From the human T2T-CHM13v2.0 reference genome, Homo sapiens, in the NCBI RefSeq assembly GCF_009914755.1, contig NC_060947.1: a DNA stretch of 64,000 nt; one strand, 5' to 3'. The notes beneath the pieces were generated by a model. It worked only from the letters and a program-made list of their open reading frames with translations. It ran no database searches and was not told the origin of the DNA. Of this stretch, positions 25,040-40,559 are shown one piece after another. The position numbers and the translations under genes are program-made. Positions within the stretch are counted from its first letter, which is position 1. Each line of letters begins with the position of its first letter.

Positions 25040-25570
25040 AAAGGAACAGGAATGCTGGGTATGGGGAGTGGACACCAGGTGACGGGATTAAGTAAGGCTT
25101 TTAAGGGAGACGGTATGGGGGAAAGGAGCAAGACTTGAGGCAGAGGAGGGAGCCAGCCAGTCTGCTCGGGAGAGGCACGCTTCGTCCCGGTGAAGACCAG
25201 ACCAGAGCAGCCAATCCAGGGGGATCTGACTCCTTCCAGGAATGGGAAGGAGGAGCTAGGGGCATCGGCAGGAGGAAATAAAGTCACAGGGGTGAAGTAG
25301 AGGTGGAGGAGGCCTGATGGGGGCGGCGCCTCAGAACCTCATGGGGACTCTGGCCTTGACTCTAGAGAAATGGTAGCCACTGCAGCGTTTTGAGTCAAGG
25401 GCTGACATCATCAGATGAACAGGGTTTCCCAGTCAAAGGCTCCCTTCGGCTGCTGTGCTGAGGGTATTTGGTATGGGGGAGGCTTCTGCAGGAATCCAGA
25501 GAGAGATGGTCCATAGCGGCTCAGACCAGAAGGGTGAAGGGAAGGTTTGGCTGCGGATCTGATTGGAACA
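25040..25570 (-). mobile_element. L2 fragment
   Basis: ggactctggccttgactctagagaaatggtagccactgcagcgttttgag and ctcccttcggctgctgtg are typical of antisense L2. Confidence 0.65.
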
Positions 25571-25653
25571 CACTGAGATTTAGAAAGGTGAGAGATTGGG
25601 CCAAATTCATGATGAGAAGCGGGATCCACAGTTTAAACTCGGAGCTGCCCTAA

Positions 25654-26694
<1,041 letters not shown>

Positions 26695-27687
26695 AAGAAT
26701 GTTGCCTTAGATTTTGCAGCAGTGGAGTGCTAGCAAAGGCCATGTGTTTGGGGGCTTCTCTTGGATTTACGAGAATCAGGTGCACAGACAAATTACGTAT
26801 AGGAGGCCTGATGCTTGCGGTTTATCAATACAAAGCTGGAATATGCATTGCAAGCAATTTACAAATGAATGAATCATATTAATACAGAATGCCTGCTGGA
26901 TCCGACTGGTTACATAGTATTCAAGTGCTCCCAACCACAATCTGTTCTACATCAAAATAATTCATTTAACCTCTTGCTTATCAATGACTTTGCTATGTGA
27001 GCCAGTGATATTCAGGAAGCTGGTGCATATCATGAACTTTTCCTGTACTCCTCACAACACTTCATGGTTCTCAGAGGCCCAGTTTTACTCAGGGCAGGCT
27101 GGTTTCTTTTTAACCAAGTTAAGATTGCATTCTGTTAAAGAGATAAAAATATGTTTCCATGGTTCAGGTAGTGTTGGGCTGAGACCATCTACACTTGGGA
27201 CACAGATCTGTCCACACTGCCCTCTTCTCCAGATGTTTTCAGTGACCAACCACCTCGGACACTGCAAAGTGAAGGAAAACGTTTTGCCTCAACATAAAAA
27301 AAAAAATGTTATGAGGTCATTAAAAATGCTGAGGAAAGCAGAAAAGATAAAACCTCCATAGAAACAAAATATACTTATTTTTGCATACCTTTCTCTCTTT
27401 GTGTATTTACTTATTTTACATAAGTATCACATAGAAATAAATTCAGACATAGAAGCTACAATGTTTCACATAATGATCTACCCACTTAAGTGAAGAAATA
27501 AAATATTACTAACAACTGCAGTCTCCTGTGTATACTTTTGCAACCAACCTTCACTCCCCTCCACCTTGTAGTAATTCATCCCTCTCTTGAATTAATCTTT
27601 TAATCTGTTCCATGCACTGCTTTATACTTTTACAATAGTGTTGTTCACACTCCATTTACACACTTGATGTGTACAGCTTTCCAAATA

Positions 27688-27941
27688 GGGAGGCCAAATA
27701 GGGAGGATTGCTTGAGCTTAGGAATTTGAGACCAGCCTCGGCAACATAGTAGGACCTCATCTCTACTAAAAATTAAAAAAAAAAATTAGTTGGGCAGGGT
27801 GGCATGCACCTGTTTTCCCAGATACTCAGGGTGTTGAGGTGGGAGAATGACTTGAGCCTGGGAGATTGAGGCTGCAGTAAGCCATGATCATGCCACTGCA
27901 CTGAAGCAACTGATCAAGACTTTGTCTCAAAAAAAAAAAAA
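27688..27941 (+). mobile_element. 5'-truncated AluJ
   Basis: gggaggattgcttgagc...gaccagcctcggcaacatag, right arm and poly(A). Confidence 0.9.
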
Positions 27942-28190
27942 GAAGCAAGAAAAGGAAAAAAAATCTACTCCATTAAGGTATTTCTAAACCAATAACGACA
28001 CACTTCATTTGTAAATGTTCATTCCTTCATTCAAGAAAAAAAAACATTGAAAACTTTATTGAGCTTCTAGTATATTCTAGATGAGAAATATAGTGAAAGA
28101 ATAAGAAAAAATTTAAACTCGTATCCTCAGTGAATTTTGTATTATACTGAGGGAAGATACAATGAACAATCAATATGAAAAATAAATAAG

Positions 28191-29223
28191 TGGTCTAGTA
28201 GACTGAATAATGCCCTCCTATCCCCAAAGATATCAGGTCCTAATACCTGGAACCAGGAAAGGTTACTTTATATGAAACAGGCTCTTTCATACTTTATATG
28301 AAAAATGCAATTATGGATTTTGAGGTAATGGAATTATCCAGGTGGGCCCTAATATAATCATGTGTATCCTTACAAGAAGAAAGCAGATATTATTGCACAT
28401 ATAGCCAAAGAAAATAAATCATTCTACCATAAAGACATATGCACACATATGTTCATTGCAGCGCAGTTCACAATAGCAAAGACATGGAATCAACCTACAT
28501 ATCCATCACTGGTAGACTGGATAAAGAAAGCATGGTTCATATGCACCCTGGAATACTATGCGTCCATAAAAAAGGATGAGATCATGTCCATTGCACCAAC
28601 ATGGATGGAGCTGGAGGCCATGATCCTAAGTGAAGTAACACAGGAACAGAAAACCAATAACTGTACATTCTCAGTTATAAGTGGAGCTAAACATTGAGGA
28701 CAGATAGACACAAAAAAAAGGAGAAATAGACACTGGGGCCTACTTGAGGGTGGACAGTGGGAGGAGGGTGAAGATTCAAAAACCACTTATCAGGTACTAT
28801 GCTGATTACTTGCATGATGAAATAATCTGTATACAAAACACCTGAAACTCACAATTTTCCTAAACATACCTGCACCTGTAACCCTGAACCTAAAATAACA
28901 GTTTTTTTAAAAAAGAGGAGGCAGAGAGACATCTGTCACACACAGAGGACGAGACAATGTAGAGAAAAAAGATCTGTGTGCTGTGCTGATCTTCAAGATG
29001 GGATTCAGGCTAAAGGAAGATTTAGATTCAAGCAAAGGAAGGCCAGCTACCACCAAAAGCTGCACGAGATAAGGAAGGATCCTCCCCTAGAGGCTTCGAA
29101 GGCAGCTCATCTGTTCTTGATTTCAGACTCTGGCCTCCAGACCTATGAAGAAATACATTTCTGTTGGTTTTAAACCATGCAGTTTGTGCTGATTTGCTAA
29201 AGCAGCCCGAGAAAGCAAATACA
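28191..29223 (+). mobile_element. MLT1C/D-type LTR split by L1 (28191-28388, 28916-29223)
   Basis: gactgaataatgccc...attatccaggtgggccctaat; ttgatttcagactctggcctccaga...catttctgttggttttaaacca. Confidence 0.8.
28389..28915 (+). mobile_element. L1PA15/16-like 3' fragment
   Basis: aaatcattctaccataaagacatatgcac...gacactggggcctacttgagggtgga...ccctgaacctaaaataa; decayed TSD aagaagaaagcaga / aagaggaggcaga. Confidence 0.88.
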
Positions 29224-30277
29224 GTTGGCAAGAAATATTATGAAGAACATTAGAGGGGAGTAGCTAGTGCTTGGGGTAGGGAGTTGCAATTTAGATAAAG
29301 TGGTGAGAGAAGACTGCTCTGAGAAGGCAACGTTTGAGCAAAGACCTCAAGAAGGGAGGGGAGGGGATTGTTTCTAGAACCTGGTAATAACTCTGGGAGA
29401 GCTTTGCAGTGAGAGTGAGCAGCAGGTATTAGGACCCTGAAGGAGGAGCATTCCTGGAATGCCCTAGGCACCCAGAGTGGCCATGGATGAGGGAGGGAGG
29501 GAGGGAGAGTAGTAGGAGGTGGGGCCACAGAAGTGATGGCGGGGACCCATCTTTGCATGTCACTGCAAGGTTCTCAAATTTTAGGATGCAGGAGAGGGGT
29601 ATCGTAGGATATTGAGAAGTATCCCTGGTCTCTGCCCAAAAATGCCAGCAGCACCACCCACCCCATTTCCTGTTTCCAGGTTGGGAGGTTGGCACAACTT
29701 TGTCTCCTATTTTAAAAGGATTACTCCATCAACTGGGTTTAGAATAACCTTGAGGGCTTTGTGCTGTCGATGCGAGCACTGAAGCAAAAAATACAAATAG
29801 TATTACTATTATCCTGAAAGACCCAATGGTAGCAGTTTCTAGAAGGTCATGATGAGATTAATGAGAAGAGGTCATATTCTGGATATGTTTTTAAAGTTCA
29901 ACAGGCAGGACTTAATGAACTGGATATGAAAAAAAAGGAGTAGATGAAGATGCCATCATGGCACCCTAGAAAACCTTGGACAATGCTAGCAGATGCAGGT
30001 GCAGGCAGTGCTTGATGCAACTCTTGGTTTCTCATATCCCAGGGGGTGTGGTTGGTCCCCCAGTCCACATCATCTAATTTAGTCCATGTACAAGAGTTCT
30101 TAGACACTCAGAAACACACACAGTTTCTAGAACTGAGGACAATTCTACAGCTTACAAAACCATCATGGATGATGGGCAACAATGTAATGGAATCTGTTGG
30201 TGCCATGCGTGTCGATTTCTGAGAAGTGTTGTGAAGCTTTATTGGAACTCTGGTCATTATTGTCTTCTTTTCTAGAT

Positions 30278-30445
30278 GAGTAGTTCCCAACTCTGTCTGC
30301 ACCTTAGAACCACCTGGGGAGGCTTAAAGAATCCTGTACCCCAGCTGAATCCCACACCAATGACTTCTAAGTCTCCAAGCGTGGAATCCAGGCATATGTA
30401 TTTTTGAAAGTTACCCTTAGATTTTTCCTAAATGTTTTGAGCAAC
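30278..30445. mobile_element. MER5-type hAT-Charlie element
   Basis: gtagttcccaactct...ttagaaccacctggggaggctt...ccaggcatatgtattttt. Confidence 0.7.
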
Positions 30446-30478
30446 TGTCCATTTTCTCTTCATCTTTATCCCATAAAC

Positions 30479-30672
30479 TAGTGATACTCTACAGGGATTA
30501 TTCTTTCCCTAGGGACATTTGGCCATGTCTGGAGACATTTTGGGTTGCAATAACCCAGTTAGCATCTGTTGGGTAGAGACCAGGGATGTTACTCAGTACC
30601 CGACAATGCACAGCACAGCCCCTACCACAGAGAATGACTTCACCCTCAAATGTCAAAGTTGAGAAAACCTAC
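30479..30672 (+). mobile_element. MER20 (hAT-Charlie)
   Basis: gggacatttggccatgtctggagacatttt...gggtagagaccagggatg...caaatgtcaa. Confidence 0.85.
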
Positions 30673-31312
30673 CCCAAACCCTCAAATGTCAAAGTTGAGA
30701 ATGAGAAAACCTGCCTCAAACCCAGGGAATTTGATTACTGCATTGATGGGTTCATTAATCATTGCCAGACATTTTTAAATGCCTTTCCTCTTTTTTTCGG
30801 TGCTTTTGAATTTAATTGACAAATTGAAGGTCGCATGGGAAGACAGCAAAGAAATAGAGGAAGAGAGAGATAGAGTACAAACACCTGCGTTGAGTCACCA
30901 TTTCCTGCAGCCCTGAGTGCCTCTAGTAGCTAGTGAGGGGGACAATTAGCAGTTTTTGAGAGTGATGAGAACAACTATTTGCATGTTCTTTTCCTTCCTG
31001 AATTGTGTTTGTGAGAGCTAAGTTAATCATCTGATAGAGCCACATTCACACGCCAGGTGTTGCGGTTGAACACCAATGTCTGTTTCTTCAAGGTTTCGAA
31101 AATGGTTCACGGAAGGGCCTGCTTTTTGCTGAAATCGTGCACATGGATGATAGGAACACTTCCACTCTCAACAGTCACATGGCATCCCTTAGGAAGCTGC
31201 AGTGACCTAGAAGCCATCAAGGACAATTTCCTGAAAGGGGTTTGCTTTTCTGAGTAACCGCTTCCTGAGCTTGCTTCTCTGTTTGTGGGACCTTATTTTT
31301 CAGACTGGCTCA

Positions 31313-31545
31313 AATAGGTTATCAATTCGGAGTAACATTGCTCCTCTCCAGGGACATTTGGCCATGTCTGAGGACATTTTTGGTTGTCGCAACTGGAAAT
31401 GGCAGAGTGTGTGTGTCGGGGGTGCTGCTAGCATTTGTTGGGCAGAGGCCAGAGATGCCACTTAACATCCTACAAAGTATAGGACTGCCCTCCACAATAA
31501 TGGTCCAGCCCCTGATGTCAATAGTGTCAAGGCTGAGAAGCCCTA
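31313..31545 (+). mobile_element. MER20 (hAT-Charlie)
   Basis: cagggacatttggccatgtctgaggacatttttggttgtcgcaactgg...atgtcaatagtgtcaaggctgagaagccct. Confidence 0.9.
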
Positions 31546-31958
31546 GAAAGAGAACAGTAGGATAAAGAAAAAATGAATGAACTTACAAATAATTTCCACT
31601 ATGTGATTTAGATAGAGGCACAAATATTCCCTCTCTTCTCCAAATATTTCCTCCTTCATCTGTTGATCTTCAAGGGAGTTTTACTGTAAAACTTTGAGCT
31701 TGTCTTCATGTTCCAAGAGGGATGGAACCTGAGCTAAAATTTAATACCTGGCTATTTTTGGAGTAGTATTTTAGTTTCTAGAACCTGGGAATAGGCAGTG
31801 CCCAACTGATGCTCTTCTCATTTATTTATTAGCCTACTAAGATTTTGTGAATGGTTACAGTAAAGACAATGGTCAAATTTTATTTATCGCAGAATGTCTC
31901 TGTCATGTTTGATCATAGACACCTTTAGCAGGGTAATTTTTACTATTCCCTATTCCTT

Positions 31959-32063
31959 TAGGGTGATCAACTCATCCTGGTTTGCCCAATACTGTCACAA
32001 TTTCAGGAGTGAAAGTCCTATATCCTGGCAACTTTCCGTATTGTGGGGTGGGTGGTCACCCTG
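31959..32063 (+). mobile_element. MER81 (hAT-Blackjack MITE)
   Basis: TIRs tagggtgatca / tggtcaccctg; 8-bp TSD tattcctt / cattccat. Confidence 0.8.
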
Positions 32064-32758
32064 CATTCCATGGAATTGGTTTTCCAAGTAATAATTTTTG
32101 TGAAATGCAGCACTGGTGTTTGTTATTTTATTTTATTTATCTGGTATTTTATTTGGTATTTGGTATTTTCCCAAAGGATAACTTGGTAATTAGCATTCTC
32201 CCATTGGGAAAATAATTGATCAAAAATCTGTTGTCATGGAATAGACACTTCTTTGTACACATGGTTGGACCTTTAACTAGGGAGACAAAAGATTATATTT
32301 TTAACAATTAAGGATACCTATTTTATAGAGTTATTTCTGAATTATTCCAGATTTTTCACTTCAATATTAAATTTATTTTTATCAGATTTTATAAAGCTCA
32401 AGGACCATTAGAGATGTCCCTAAGAGTAAGGTTTTTGCAAATTTAAAGAATCTGTTTTTGCGTGCCTGTCAGTATTGTAATCACTTTTTCCTTTTCCAAC
32501 ATAAGATCATACATTAAATTTAAATAATAGCCTTATTAATAATTGGAACCCACTGCAGAGATCCCTGAGAAGGCCCAGAGGCCACATGTTGAGCCCAAGT
32601 GAGTGCATTCATTGAAATGTCATGTCAGTAATACCAAGAGGGCTGATAATGATACACCCTCTCGTGCTCCTCATCCCACACTTTCACGACATCTTATCAA
32701 CGAGTTCTAATACAATAAACTTACATGCACTTGATAGAATAATTGCCATTTTAATTTA

Positions 32759-33175
<417 letters not shown>

Positions 33176-33324
33176 CTATGTGACTTCAAACGTGTTAGTT
33201 TACATTCCCACAATGGATTCACACATGCATACATATGGCAACTGTTGCATATGTAAATGAATGCATCTATAGGAAGTCAATAGGAATTCAATATATCTTT
33301 GTATGTGAATTTAATCGAAACTGA

Positions 33325-33570
33325 TGTGTCTGTATATGCATATATACATATATACACACATTTATACATATAGACATACATAGGCACACATGAATATACA
33401 TAGATAAGATAGATATAGATATATAGAGGGATATATAGAGATAGATGGTGGATGAATAGATAGGTAAAAACAGATATAGACATATGTAGAGAGATACATA
33501 GGTATACATAGGTAGGTAGGTAGATAGGGAGGGAGGGAGGTAGATAGGTATAGGTAGGTAGATAAGTTGA
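33325..33570 (+). repeat. (TA)n/(TAGA)n/(TAGG)n low-complexity repeat
   Basis: Direct observation. Confidence 0.85.
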
Positions 33571-33701
33571 TTGACTGATTTCATGATACATCCTGGAAAG
33601 TTACATACAAGTAAATTCCTAATATCAACTCATTTTTATGCCATTTTTTCTCCTCAAAGTAGAATACTACATGCTTGTATAAAGATTTCTCTCTTTTTAA
33701 A

Positions 33702-34041
<340 letters not shown>

Positions 34042-34169
34042 TTCCCTCTTTTTTAATGTGTATAGTTGGAGGATTCTGGATAAATAACAGGGAAATGATA
34101 TAACTGGATTTACTGAATTAACTCTCAAAACCCTTTTCTGGATTCAGACATTGAGTGGGTTGATTTAGG

Positions 34170-34728
34170 CCAAGGTCCCCAAATCACTGCCCACAGGCCA
34201 AATCTGGCCCACTGCCTGTTTTTATGAATACAGTTTTATTGGAACAGTCACATTAATTTATTCAGGTATTGTCTGTGGCTGCTTTTGCTGTACAATGGCA
34301 GAGTTGCCTATTTATGGCAGAGACTGTGTGGTTCACAAAGCCAAAACATTTGCTATCTGGCCCTTTGTAAAAAAATCTTTGGGCTGAGTGTGGTGGCTCA
34401 TACCTGTAATCCCATCACTTTGGGAAGCCAAAGAGGGAGGCTCACTTGAGCCTAGGAGTTCTAGACCAGCCTGGGCAAGATATTTTTTAGAGACACTCTC
34501 TACAAAAATAAAAATTAGCCGGGCAGTTGTGGTGGAGCACACGCCTGTAGTCCCAGCTACTCAGGAGGCTGAGGTGGGAGGATCGTGTAAGACCAGGCGT
34601 TCAAGGCTGCAGTGAACCATGCTTATGCTACTGCACTCCAGCCTGAGCGATAGAGCAAGACCCTGCCTCAAAACAAACAAACAAACAAAAAACCAAAAAC
34701 AAACACAAAAAAATTTTGCTTATCCTTA
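34170..34728 (+). mobile_element. MER58A (hAT-Charlie) with an Alu inserted near its end
   Basis: ggccaaatctggcccactgcctgtttttatgaatacagttttattggaaca...tatctggccctttgtaaaaaaa; terminal ttttgcttatcct follows the Alu. Confidence 0.85.
34382..34710 (+). mobile_element. Alu SINE (AluJ-type)
   Basis: Dimer with (CAAA)n tail; TSD aaaaaaatctttg / aaaaaaattttg. Confidence 0.93.
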
Positions 34729-37368
34729 AGTCAGATTAAAGAGAACCAGGTACAGTTATTTTTAAGAACACATGGTTTGAGAAAGTGAAATACATAGCTT
34801 CCGCTCAGGTTACAAAGTCACATATATTCAAATATAGTGTTTTCAAAAATTAGGAAAATAAAAAGCCCCCTTTTAAAATGCTGGACTTCTTTGTTTGGAA
34901 AAATGGGAACCATTCTGTGTTGACCTTGCCCTATTCTCCTTCAAGATGCTTTCAGTAGGGGAAACTGGATGAAGAATACACAACGGCTTCCTGTACATCA
35001 TGCTGCAACTTCTTGTAAATCTGTATTTGTTTTAAAATAGGTAAACTTAAAAAAATAAATAAGCTCAAGCCTGCTTTGCTCTGTTCTTATTGCAGTGACT
35101 GTCTCTATCATTATTGCATGGTTCCCATAAGACGTGGTTGTCTGAGGGCAGCCCCACCAGCCAGTCAACAAGTTTCATCACGAATAAAATTCCAAATTTT
35201 GTTTTGGATACAACACAAGCCACTGTGGCTTCCATTGCTACAGGCTAACATTGACTTAGTGTTTCCCATTTACCAAGATTGTACCAGCTAATGTAAAGGG
35301 TTTGGGGTGGTGGGTTCTTCCACATTTCACCCTCTAAAGAACTCAATGAGGACTTGCATGATTATTAATACGTACAACCTGGTTTTATCTTCACTTCCAT
35401 GCTTTCCATTGCTTTTGTGTTTCACATCTCATTTCCTTTGTTCCATATGTTGAATTTATATCTGAAGCCATATTCAATGGACATGGGGACATGAGAGCAT
35501 GCAAGTTAATCAATAGGTCAGCATCGCAATAGTTTGCAGCTGTAACAGGATGCCCAGGAGTCCAGATTTCCAGGTCTGTCAACGTCAGCTCCACCACACA
35601 TTTGCCATGTGACTTAAATCATCCAAACACAAACCACAGTTTCCCCAGGTGTGCCATGACAGGGCGCCAGCAAAGCTGGAGTACCCCCAAGTTCCAAAAT
35701 GCCAATTTGTTATTTGGCATACAGGGAAGTTATAATAAGGGGAAGTAAAATGATCCAGAATCTTGAATTCATAATTCCCACCTTATTTTTTGGTGTCATT
35801 TATAATGACCACATCTATGTAGTAATCGGAACGACCACAGTGTCTTCATGATGTAATATCCTAAGGCATTTTAGGGAACCTCACCCAGTGGCATCTCTTA
35901 GCTACCCCATGGAGGTCAAAAGTTGTTGGTCACACATCCAGCAATTGAATGGCTTGAGGGGAATGAGGTCTAGACTTGGTGTCAGGTATTTGTCTACATG
36001 CTATTTGGAAGAATTAGTAACACACAAGGTTTGAAGGAGGACAATTTTGTCAATTATACAAACACTGCTGTGCCCCTTAAAACATTCCTAAAAAGTGTTT
36101 TCTACTTCATATTATTTCCAAAAAAGCAAATTGGCAAGATAGAGCAAGAATGTTAAAAATGTTGGATGCTTTACAGGTAATTCTGTTTCTGAGTTTTTAT
36201 GCCTAGGGATGGAATCATCAATGTGCAGAATTCTTTATGCACAAAAATCTTCATAATTGAACAATATACAACAGCATAAAACTGGACCCAATGGATTCAA
36301 AGATAGAAGAAGTGTTACGGCTACAATGGAAGGTATGCTTGATGGAACCTTTTGCAACTATTTAAAATTATGATGGAAAGTGTATATATTACCCTGGTAA
36401 AACATTTCTTATAATTCTGATAATCATTGAGTCTGTATCTTAGATCAGGCACTGTAATGGGTTACTTTATTTAAATATTTATTATAGCCCTAATATACTA
36501 TTAAAGCTATTGTGTTACACCTGACAAAACTGGGGCAGGGAGGAGATAAGAATCCTATCCGAGGTCTCACAGGTATTTCCCAGGGGGGCGAAAGACATCA
36601 CTGACCCTAACAGCTATGCGATGACCCACTAGTCAAGACTACTTCTTCAGGCAATATGCATGATACAATAGTATCTCTTGAGGCCATATGCACAATGCAA
36701 AATTATTCATATTATAACATTGGTGCAATATTTTAAAACCTAGATAGATGGAAGCAACAATAATAAAAACGATCTCAATAGAAAAATATTAAACGAAATA
36801 TTAATCATCATAATAAATAGTAAAAAGACAATATCATCAACGAGTTAGATTGGCGAAAAGAATCAAGAAAATAAAAACCAGTTTCTGCCACCAGTCAGCA
36901 ACTACTGTGACAATCCTTGGTGCATATATTTTTATATCCTTTTCTCTGCTTTTTGCCTGTTTACATAGTCCTGCTCGAAAATTGCAGCATGATGGCAGTA
37001 TCAAGGACTGTGTCAACACTCTGTAAAGAGGATGAGTTGAATGGGGCCATAAGTACAAATGTGACTGTACTTGGGTGAAATTAAAACTCTACCATGCAGC
37101 TGCGCACTAACTGAATTCTCTCTGGCACTGATACTTTACTTCCTCCTCACCGCTGATTATAGAGACTTCCACGAATAAACAAACTCTCTTAACTCACATA
37201 TGGGGTCTTCTATCTGCAGAATTCATGCAGGAATCTATGATTCCATTTCATGATAGTCCCATGCCAGTACTTTCTTTGAGGTAAATTGTTTAGTAGTCTT
37301 GGCCACTGCACTGTGACCATTGCTCCCAATGGAAATGAATCAAGGTGTCAAGAGAAAGCTTGGAGTAA

Positions 37369-37839
<471 letters not shown>

Positions 37840-38282
37840 CCCATGTCCTCTTTCATTGACCCAATCTTGACTCCTCAGAACTTTTCCATAGAGAGGGGCA
37901 AGATCCACTGATCACAAAGCCCCCCTGGGGCTGTGGCTTAGGAATTGAAACAACTGAAATTTCTTGCTTAAAGAAATTTCAACAAGAAGTGCTCTATCTT
38001 ATAGGCTGTTTAAATTGGAAGAACACATAGCACCTCCCTGTGACTATATGTTCTTCCTATGCAACTCCAACAGCATCGTGTTCAATAACCTCCAACTCTG
38101 ACCTTACCCAGCCCAGCTCTCAAATCAGAATCAATGGTTAATGCTTGTGAACCCGAAGAACTCTCTGTCAGTGCCTCCCTTGAGAAATTTCTCTTATTTT
38201 TACTTGTGCCACAAACTTATTTTTCTATCTCCCCTTTGAGACCTTAAGTGACCAGAGACTGGGCACTATATTTGATTTGCCA

Positions 38283-39015
38283 TTTTCTTTTTTACACAAC
38301 ATTCTTTATTTTTATTTTTAGTTCTGGGGCACATGTGGAAGTCGTGCAGGTTTGCTACATAAGTAAACGTGTGCCATGGTGGTTTGCTGCACCTGTCAAC
38401 CCATCACCTAGGTATTAAGCCCAGCATGCGTTAGCTATGTTTCCTAATTCTCTCTCTCCCCCCACCCCATCCCCCAACAGGCCCCAGTGTGTGTTGTTCC
38501 TTTCCCTGTGTCCATGTGTTCTCATTGTTCAGCTCCCACTTATAAGTGAGAACATGTGGTGTTTGGTTTTTCTGTTCCTCCGTTAGTTTGCTGAGGATAA
38601 TGGTTTCCAGCTTCATCCATGTCCCCACAAAGGTCATGATCTCATTCTTTTTATGGCTGTATAGTATTCCATGGTGTATATGTACCACATTTTCTGTACC
38701 CAGTCTATCGTTGATGGGCATTTGGGTTGATTCCATGCCTTTGTTATTGTGAATAGTGCTGCAATGAACATACATGTACATGTATCTTTGTAACAGAATG
38801 ATTTACATTCCTTTGGGTATATACCTAGTAATGGGATTGCTGGGTCAAAGATATTTCTAGTTCTAGATCTTTGAGGAATCGCCACACTGTCTTCCACAAT
38901 GGTTGAACTAATTTACATTCCCACCAAGAGTGTAAAAGTGTTCCTAATTTTCCACAACCTCACCAACATCTATTGTTTCTTGACTTTTTAATAATTGCCA
39001 TTTTGACGGGCATGA
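38283..39015 (-). mobile_element. L1PA8-like 3' fragment
   Basis: gtaaacgtgtgccatggtggtttgctgcacctgtcaacccatcacctaggtattaagcccagcatgc diagnostic 3' UTR; ORF 38634-38897 is an L1 ORF2 C-terminal remnant. Confidence 0.92.
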
Positions 39016-40559
39016 TTGGCCGTTTTTAAGTAGAGTACACTAGTCAATACATACTTTTGTAAAGGTATAAGTGAATAAATACATGAATTATTGATGCCCA
39101 AAGGAAGATATTATGTTTCCCCTCTGGTTTCAGTACACGGGCAGTGTCTGTGCTTGAATTTGTCCTGATTTCATGAGCTGGGAAGCACACGAGCCATGGT
39201 TTTTCACCCTTATTCTCAGAAGGTACAATGCCATCCTATGACTCATCTTGACCTTTTCAGGTATATGCATATGCATGAGACCCTTGTCAATATTAAAAAT
39301 TCTTTCAATTTGGATAGACATTCCTCTGTTGCTGCCCAATTAACTATACATATCATTTTAGAGAATTTTCCAATTAGTGATGAGTATATTGATCATTGGC
39401 TAATGTTAATTAGACAACATAATCATTTTTGGAAATACAGGAAATAATATCCCACATTGCTTTGGAAAGGTATATTTAAATATCAGTTTAATCTTTGAAG
39501 TACTTATGAAAATGCCCCAGTGGGAATAATTTTACGGGATCATAATACTCGGTAAAAATTCTAACTAGTCTCTGACTCATTATTAAAATTCAAAATCGCA
39601 AAGCACCATATACCAAGTGATGTATTGTACATAATGACTTTCTTATTCAATTTTTCTAATCTATTTTTTATCCCCTAGGGGTTTTTTCTCAGTAATTGTC
39701 CAGAGTTTAAATAAAAGAATAGTAGTGATTGAATCTTCATGCGTCTTTATTTTTAGACTCACATCTTGAAGTCTGCAGAACTAGCAGCAGAGAACGTAAG
39801 AGAAAAATGGGTGTGAAGATGTTCTATGAAAATCATTCTAAGTTACTACATGTCCTTCAGTTCATCACACCAAAAAAGAAGAGAAAAACCTTGGAGGGGA
39901 AAAAAAAGTCTCCTCTGTTTTGTATAAGAGCAAATTGTCTTTCCATATCAGGACTTGTTTATTTGACACCTGGGGGTCTCATCAGTAATAGGATACAGAC
40001 ATACATAAACCCTGTCATCTTCATTGCAGAATAAAGATGCCATTCATGGGTCATGACCTGGTAGAAACTGTGCAAATGTGTGTTGAATCAGGGAGTCCAA
40101 ATCACCACACCTGTACCAGATCCATTTTTAGTTGTCTCTGAAATACAGAGCCCTCGGGCCCAGAGTCTGAATAATTGCTGGGGTTCCTGCAGGCTTCTTT
40201 TATGTTCAACCGTAAAGATTTAATACAAATTCTTATTGCAGAACCATGGTCACATTACTGTTGATGAAATCATTCCTTCCATCAAAATCAGTCAGATCCA
40301 ACGTACTCAATTCTCAAATACGGTGCAGGCAGCATTGTAGTAAACATCACTGAATAGACTCGTTGTTCAGTATGTCTCAAAGACCTGAACAGGCTGTTCA
40401 GCCAAAGCTTAAATAAATGCAAAAATCCTAGGAGGAGAGCATGCTGTTTGAACAACTCAGGTTCAGTTTAACACTTTCTACTCCTTTGAAAAAATTAAGA
40501 CAATCCCTTAAAAAAAATAACGAACACCACTCTTTCAATCTTGACACATGCAGAGACCA

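Larger units (their letters stand above)
28018..29990 (-). mobile_element. L2 (3' end at left), interrupted by MLT1/L1 and a hAT fragment
   Basis: ttcattccttcattcaa...tttattgagc terminus; continues after 29224 with ctctgagaaggcaacgtttgagcaaagacct. Confidence 0.65.

Noticed and set aside
28362-28697. ORF similar to the L1 ORF2p C-terminus
   Set aside because: A fragment of a 5'-truncated, inactive L1PA15/16; reported as a mobile element, not a gene.
36575-36595. Possible CTCF site (cccaggggggcg)
   Set aside because: Spacing and 5' bases do not fit the CCASYAGRKGGCRS core.
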